DNA of 38,974 nucleotides from Deltaproteobacteria bacterium (lineage in GTDB: Bacteria; Desulfobacterota; Desulfobacteria; Desulfobacterales; C00003060): positions 1 to 38,974 of the forward strand of contig JAFDFO010000003.1 in assembly GCA_019309815.1 (NCBI GenBank). The letters run 5' to 3'. A model generated the notes under the pieces. The model saw only the letters and a list, made by a program, of their open reading frames with translations. It did not search any database and had not been told where the DNA came from. The stretch's first letter is position 1; each line of letters opens with the position of its first letter. Positions 33,590-38,974 of the stretch are shown here, one piece after another. A program made the position numbers and the translations under genes.

Positions 33590-35398
33590 ATGCCGGACAT
33601 CATCTCGGACCAGCACCAACCGAAACTGGCCATGAGTAACGAATCTGTTGTTATCATAGGAGGCGGCCCTGCAGGTCTGTCAGCAGCCCATGAGTGCATT
33701 AAGGGGGGCATCAAGCCCATTGTGCTCGAAAGGGCTGACAAGGTCGGAGGGATTTCACGCACAGAGACCTACAAAGGCTACTATTTCGATATTGGGGGGC
33801 ACCGTTTCTATACAAAGATTGAGGAGATTGACCGGCTGTGGCACGAAATGCTCGGCGACGATTTTCTCAAGGTCCGTCGGATGTCCCGCATTTATTATCA
33901 GGGCCGTTTCTTCAACTATCCCCTTGGGTTTGCCAATGCCCTGATGAACCTGGGGTTGGTTGAAACCTCTCTGATCCTGTTGAGCTATCTTAAGGCGCAG
34001 GTCTGGTCCCACCCGGAAGAAGTAAACTTCGAGCAGTGGGTGTGTAATCGTTTTGGCCAGCGTCTCTATCAGACGTTTTTTCGGACATACACGGAGAAGG
34101 TGTGGGGAACCCCTTGCCATAAGATTCAGGCCGACTGGGCGGCGCAGCGCATCAAAGGATTGTCACTTATTGTGGCGGTGTCTAATGCGCTTTTCGGGGG
34201 CCAGAAAGCGAAGACCTTGATCAGTGAGTTTGACTACCCATTAAGGGGTCCGGGAATGATGTGGCAGCGTTTCCAGGATGTGGTGGGGGCAAATGGAGGG
34301 GAGGTCCGACTCAACACAGACGCTACTGGCCTGAGCCATGAAAATGGCCGAATCGTGAAGGTGAATTACGTTGACAACGGCGAAACAGTAACCATCCCGG
34401 CTGACCAAGTCATTGCCAGTATTCCCGTCACCAGGCTTGTAGCCTTGCTTGATCCGAAAGCACCGAAGCATGTCCTCGAGGCGGCTTCCAACCTTTCCTA
34501 TCGGGCATTTGTTCTTGTGGGACTTATTGTTGACCGGGAAGACCTTTTTCCGGACCAGTGGATATATGTACACAGTCCCGATGTGAGGGTTGGGCGCATT
34601 CAGAACCTCAAGAACTGGAGTGCAGCCATGGTCCCCGATCCTAAGAAGACAAGTGTGGCAATGGAGTACTTCTGTAACGAAGATGACGAAACCTGGACGA
34701 TGCCCGATAGTGAACTGATAGACCTGGCATCTCAGGAATTGTCCAAGCTGGGACTGGCTGACACTGATGATATCATGGACGGGTTTGTAATACGCCAGCC
34801 AAAGGCATACCCGGTCTATGATGATGCATACAAAGAACATCTCATGGTCGTTCGGGATTACCTCGCGACCTTCGACAATCTCCAAACCGTAGGCCGAAAT
34901 GGCATGCACCGATACAATAATATGGACCATTCGATGCTCACGGGAATGCTTGCCGCCCGAAACTTGTCTGGCGCAAATCACGACCTGTGGGAGATAGGTG
35001 AACAGGACGAGTATCTTGAAGCAGATAAAAAGGCGAAAGCCCAACGGCTCGTTCCTGAGAAAATACTCACAAAGACATTTGCCAGGATAGACAAGCTGGC
35101 ATTTGCAACAGCCATAGGAGGCGTATCAGGCCTGTTCATGTTTCTTGCGACCATTTGGCTGGTCATGAAGGGGGGCGAAATGGTCGGCCCCACTCTCAGG
35201 CTTCTCTCCCAGTATTTTGTTGGCTATTCCGTGACCGTAAGAGGGGCCTTTGTTGCTTTTGGTTACACGTTCTTCTGCGGCTTCTTGTTTGGCTGGCTGT
35301 TTGCCTATCTTCGGAACCTCTTTCTTGCCTTCTACGTCTATAGTGCAAAGAAGAAAGCTGAGTTGCTGTCTCTCAGAGATTTTTTTGATAACCTGTAG
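33590..35398 (+). CDS. FAD-dependent oxidoreductase (UDP-galactopyranose mutase/HemY-like) with C-terminal membrane domain
   Basis: GGGPAGL, DIGGHRF, YTEKVWG, AYPVY, GRNGMHRYNNMDHSM. The last ~110 aa are hydrophobic. Start at 33590 or 33632. Confidence 0.85.
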   Translation: MPDIISDQHQPKLAMSNESVVIIGGGPAGLSAAHECIKGGIKPIVLERADKVGGISRTETYKGYYFDIGGHRFYTKIEEIDRLWHEMLGDDFLKVRRMSRIYYQGRFFNYPLGFANALMNLGLVETSLILLSYLKAQVWSHPEEVNFEQWVCNRFGQRLYQTFFRTYTEKVWGTPCHKIQADWAAQRIKGLSLIVAVSNALFGGQKAKTLISEFDYPLRGPGMMWQRFQDVVGANGGEVRLNTDATGLSHENGRIVKVNYVDNGETVTIPADQVIASIPVTRLVALLDPKAPKHVLEAASNLSYRAFVLVGLIVDREDLFPDQWIYVHSPDVRVGRIQNLKNWSAAMVPDPKKTSVAMEYFCNEDDETWTMPDSELIDLASQELSKLGLADTDDIMDGFVIRQPKAYPVYDDAYKEHLMVVRDYLATFDNLQTVGRNGMHRYNNMDHSMLTGMLAARNLSGANHDLWEIGEQDEYLEADKKAKAQRLVPEKILTKTFARIDKLAFATAIGGVSGLFMFLATIWLVMKGGEMVGPTLRLLSQYFVGYSVTVRGAFVAFGYTFFCGFLFGWLFAYLRNLFLAFYVYSAKKKAELLSLRDFFDNL

Positions 35399-35427
35399 TT
35401 GATTTACCGACGTCAGGAGATTTTATC

Positions 35428-35748
35428 GTGAAAACAAAGAATGAAAACCAGACGACGGAAGAAGAAAGGCTGTTTCGTGGGGTCCTCTGGCTGAACGCTA
35501 AGGCTCTCGGGCTTGTTCTCGGCTTGCTGTGCGGCCTTGCGGTATTTGTCGCGACAAACTGGCTTGTGATCAAAGGAGGGGATCCGGTGGGCCCGCACCT
35601 GAGACTCTTGAGTCAGTACTTCATTGGCTACAGGGTTTCTTTTCTTGGCAGCCTCATTGGGTTTGTTTATGGTTTTGCGGTGGGGACCTTGAGCGGAGCA
35701 CTCATTGGGTGGATTTATAACGCGGTTGCCTCGTTCAGGAAATCCTAG
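35428..35748 (+). CDS. Small membrane protein, paralog of the oxidoreductase C-terminal domain
   Basis: ATNWLVIKGGDPVGPHLRLLSQYFIGYRVS aligns with ATIWLVMKGGEMVGPTLRLLSQYFVGYSVT. AGGAG RBS, GTG start. Confidence 0.85.
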   Translation: MKTKNENQTTEEERLFRGVLWLNAKALGLVLGLLCGLAVFVATNWLVIKGGDPVGPHLRLLSQYFIGYRVSFLGSLIGFVYGFAVGTLSGALIGWIYNAVASFRKS

Positions 35749-35788
35749 CTCTTTCCATGATGTACCTCATTCTCCCCTGATAAAAACG

Positions 35789-36598
35789 ATGTCCGACAGT
35801 TATACCAGCCATTATTGGGACACGATTGTTGAAAGACCGGGCGGCAGGGACCATGAAGATTTATGGAGAGCCCACCTGCAAGGGATTTACAGGGAGTTAA
35901 TGGACAGATGGACAGTCGGTTCCCCGGATGGACTTATCCTCAAGACCGATCTATATGACGAAGCCGTAAGCAAGTATAATCTTCTACCTTTGTGCAGGGG
36001 GAAGTGTGGGCGTGTCATTGGAACAGATGTTTCTTTTGAAGTTGCGGCGGCAGCCAAAGAAAGGATGACCAGAACATGGGACGGTTGGCATAATGCTGTG
36101 TGCGCTGACGTCAGGCGGTTACCGTTCATGTCTGAGTCATTTGACGCTGTCATCTCTAATTCAACGCTGGATCACTTTTCACATAAGGAGAGTATCCTGG
36201 CGAGCCTTAGAGATATTCACAGATTGTTGAAGCCCGGAGGATCACTGCTCATTACCCTTGACAACCCATCAAATCCAGTCATCTTCTTAAGAAATGCGGT
36301 TCCTTACAGGTTATTGAAGGGCTCCCGACTTATTCCGTTCTACATGGGGGTCACTTTGTCAGAATCTCAACTGGTCCGCATTTTGGAAGTGTGTGGTTTT
36401 GAAGTTCATGAGACCATGGCCATTGTCCACAGCCCCCGTATTCTCGCCATTTGGACGGGACACATCCTGAACAGGACGGGGAACAAAAAGATAAAGCAAT
36501 ATGCGAGACAGGTTCTTAGGATATGTGAACGGCTGGAAAAACTCCCGACGAGATATCTGACCGGGTATTATGTTGCCGCAATAGCTACGAAGAGATAA
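35789..36598 (+). CDS. Class I SAM-dependent methyltransferase (atypical motif I, LKTDLYDEA)
   Basis: GTDVS, ADVRRLPF..ESFD.VISNSTLDH, LLKPGG.LLIT. Start at MSDSY. Confidence 0.85.
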   Translation: MSDSYTSHYWDTIVERPGGRDHEDLWRAHLQGIYRELMDRWTVGSPDGLILKTDLYDEAVSKYNLLPLCRGKCGRVIGTDVSFEVAAAAKERMTRTWDGWHNAVCADVRRLPFMSESFDAVISNSTLDHFSHKESILASLRDIHRLLKPGGSLLITLDNPSNPVIFLRNAVPYRLLKGSRLIPFYMGVTLSESQLVRILEVCGFEVHETMAIVHSPRILAIWTGHILNRTGNKKIKQYARQVLRICERLEKLPTRYLTGYYVAAIATKR

Positions 36599-36743
36599 GT
36601 TGCATTCTCCTCGCCCCTAAACGCGAACCCCTCAAGATCGCCCAGAAGTCTCATCGAGTCATGCAACAGGCGGCTTTCATTTTGGTGTGAAAGCCGTCTT
36701 TGGGGCTATCTGTCAACACATAAGAAGTAAAATACAGTTGCCA

Positions 36744-37604
36744 ATGATCAGGAAATACGCAAAAGGGACCCTGCCGAACCTGATAATAATTGGGGCCCAA
36801 AAATGCGGTACAACAAGTCTGCATTACTATTTGGGCCTTCATCCCCAAATATCGATGTCCAGAGAAAAAGAGCTGGAATTCTTCATGGAAGACCGTACCT
36901 GGCACAAGGGGATCGAATGGTACAAGTCACATTTCATGACCAGGGCGAAGGTTCACGGGGAGTCGTCGCCTAACTACACAGCTTATCCTAGATGGGAGGG
37001 CGTGCCGGAGAAAATGCATTCTGTCATACCGGATACCAAATTGATCTATATCCTTCGAGATCCCATTGATCGAATGGTTTCTCAGTATGTTCAATACCTG
37101 TCGGTAGGATTGGACAACAGGGCAGTAGAAATCGCTTTCAAACCTCTTAATAATGACAACTACTATGTTCGCAGGAGCAGATACTTTATGCAACTGCAGC
37201 AATATCTAAAATATTTTCCGAGCTCCAATATTCTGATAATGACTGCGGAGGATTTGCTCAATGAGCGTCGAAAAACATTGGAGAAGGTATTTGCATTCTT
37301 AAATGTTGATGAAACCTTCTATTCCCCAAAGTTTCTCAACCTCAAGCATGGGTCTGTCGGAAGAAGGCAGAAGAACCGGATTGGTTTGCTTCTGAAGCAG
37401 TTTGCCGAAAGCAATATTGCAAAGATATTTTCAACTGACGTGCGAATGAAGATTGGGGGAGTGATAGAATTGGCGTTCTCGACTGAAATTGCCAGACCCG
37501 TATTGGGTGAGAGCTTACGGGCCGAACTGATTAGTTTTTTCAAAGAGGATACAGATCCTTTGAAAGAATTCACCGGCTCCGATTTTGCGGCCTGGTGTGT
37601 ATAG
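36744..37604 (+). CDS. Sulfotransferase (heparan-sulfate sulfotransferase-like)
   Basis: PNLIIIGAQKCGTTSL, KE.EFF, WY...F, GESSP.Y, KLIYILRDPIDR.VS. Start at 36744 or 36687. Confidence 0.9.
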   Translation: MIRKYAKGTLPNLIIIGAQKCGTTSLHYYLGLHPQISMSREKELEFFMEDRTWHKGIEWYKSHFMTRAKVHGESSPNYTAYPRWEGVPEKMHSVIPDTKLIYILRDPIDRMVSQYVQYLSVGLDNRAVEIAFKPLNNDNYYVRRSRYFMQLQQYLKYFPSSNILIMTAEDLLNERRKTLEKVFAFLNVDETFYSPKFLNLKHGSVGRRQKNRIGLLLKQFAESNIAKIFSTDVRMKIGGVIELAFSTEIARPVLGESLRAELISFFKEDTDPLKEFTGSDFAAWCV

Positions 37605-37755
37605 CTCCTGCAAATTAGTCATAAATGAAAAGGCGCGGGGCAGTCTTTCAGCGAAAAGAACAACTCGGATGTTTTGAAACCCATGGAAACGGTGAAGTGT
37701 CCTCAGGAATCCTCCCCTGTGTCCGGCCAATGACAGAACAACCAATCAAATTAGC

Positions 37756-38974
37756 ATGAACAGAGTGAATCAACCTTCTCAGCACCTTGTTCGCAACATG
37801 ATGACAGGAAGTATCCGCATCTTCTTTGCTGAGGTGCTGATAATTCCTGTCGGATTCATAACAGCGGTCTTTCTTGCCCGCCAACTCGGCCCGGTTAACT
37901 TTGGCCTATTTGCCATAGCCTTAAGGCTTGTCACATGGGTCGAGTGGACCAGCCTGACCGTCTTTTACAGCGCCACAGTCAAGTTTGTTAGCGAGGAAGA
38001 TGATTGGCGGGCGGTTGGGACTACGGTAGTTCGGCTGCATCTTGTAGTAGGTGTTGGTATTGCAGCTTTGCTATGGATAACGGCTTCGCCTTTAGCCCGT
38101 GCATTCAATGAACCGGCCATGGCCACCTACCTGAAGCTTTTTGCCATAGATATTCCGATTTTTAGCCTGTTCTCCGTACATAGCAGCATCTTGGTTGGAA
38201 GGGGTTTGTTCAAGGAGCGGGCCTGGACTCGTTTTGTTCGTGGAGATGGGCCTGTCTGTTAACGGCGCGATTATAGGAGTCATTGGTGCCTCCATGGTTG
38301 GATTGATAATGAGCAGATTTTTTATCAGACCCCCTGTCTTTTCCGGAGCTACATTCCCAGTGCGGCGTCTGTTGGGCTTCTCAGCTCCAGTTTTCATGTC
38401 GTCGCTGAGTTTGCGAATGCTCAGGCTGGACGTAATCGCCCTAAAGGTGCTGGGAGCAACGGCTGCCCAGGTGGGCTTCTATAGTGCGGGACAGAGCCTG
38501 TCCATTCATACTAGTCTGCTTTCCGGGGCACTCTCTCCACCTTTGCTGTCCACTTTGAGCCGCTTGATTAGACAAGGAGATGAGTCCAAGGCCAAAGATA
38601 TTGGGCGGACCGCGATGCGTTTGGTGATTTGGCTGCTGCCGTTTGCTGCGATGACGGCTGGGGCAGCTACGGAGATAGTTGACCTTGTTTTCGGCAAGGA
38701 ATTCGTGTCTGCCGGTCCAATTTTGGCCTATTTGATCTTTGCAGCCGTGGGGTTTATCGGTATCACCATGGCAAGGGCCATCATCCTTGCTATAGGGAGG
38801 CCCGGCTGGACTTTCCTGGTGACCGGTCCGATGTTCCCAATAGCCGTCATTGGTTATCTGATCCTCATACCATGGATGGGTGGGGTTGGAGCAGCAATTG
38901 TAACGACTTGTGCCACCTGTTTGGCAGCGGTTGCCTCATTTCTGGCTGTCTACAAGCTTTGGGGAATCCTGCCG
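37756..38974 (+). pseudogene. Wzx-like oligosaccharide flippase, frameshifted, 3' end beyond the window
   Basis: First frame gives LARQLGPVNFG..., stopping at 38262. From about 38228 the +1 frame (LVLFVEMGLSVNGAIIG...LD...VGFYSAG...FGKEF) stays open and hydrophobic to the window end. Confidence 0.8.

Overview
Bacterial chromosomal segment, probably a Desulfobacterota-like organism (inferred from gene repertoire and style only). Left half (1-19.2 kb) is mostly housekeeping. A minus-strand operon encodes MauE/DoxX, rhodanese, a C-GCAxxG-C-C protein and the 5' end of a selenocysteine-type selD that the ORF track missed. It is followed by HD-hydrolase/holB/PSP1(ricT)/metG, then tolQRAB-pal-cpoB-ruvCAB-DUF62, three minus-strand genes and a ComEA-like gene. 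Many intergenic spacers here hold a small inverted-repeat element: 7- or 8-mer tandem arrays facing their own complement, REP-like hairpins and an IS200/IS605-like miniature element. Several of these carry nested micro-insertions, including a 22-24 nt insert found three times at the same TT^CGTG site. Right half (19.7-39 kb) is a plus-strand cell-surface glycan/glycoconjugate locus with an unusually rich tailoring set: four radical SAM enzymes, two methyltransferases, two sulfotransferases, a PaaK/CapK-like ligase, a divergent beta-decarboxylating dehydrogenase, an isochorismatase-aldehyde dehydrogenase fusion, a GT2, an FAD oxidoreductase with a duplicated membrane domain, and a frameshifted Wzx-like flippase running off the end. 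No rRNA, tRNA, CRISPR array or intact transposase was recognised. All calls are from motif reading by eye.
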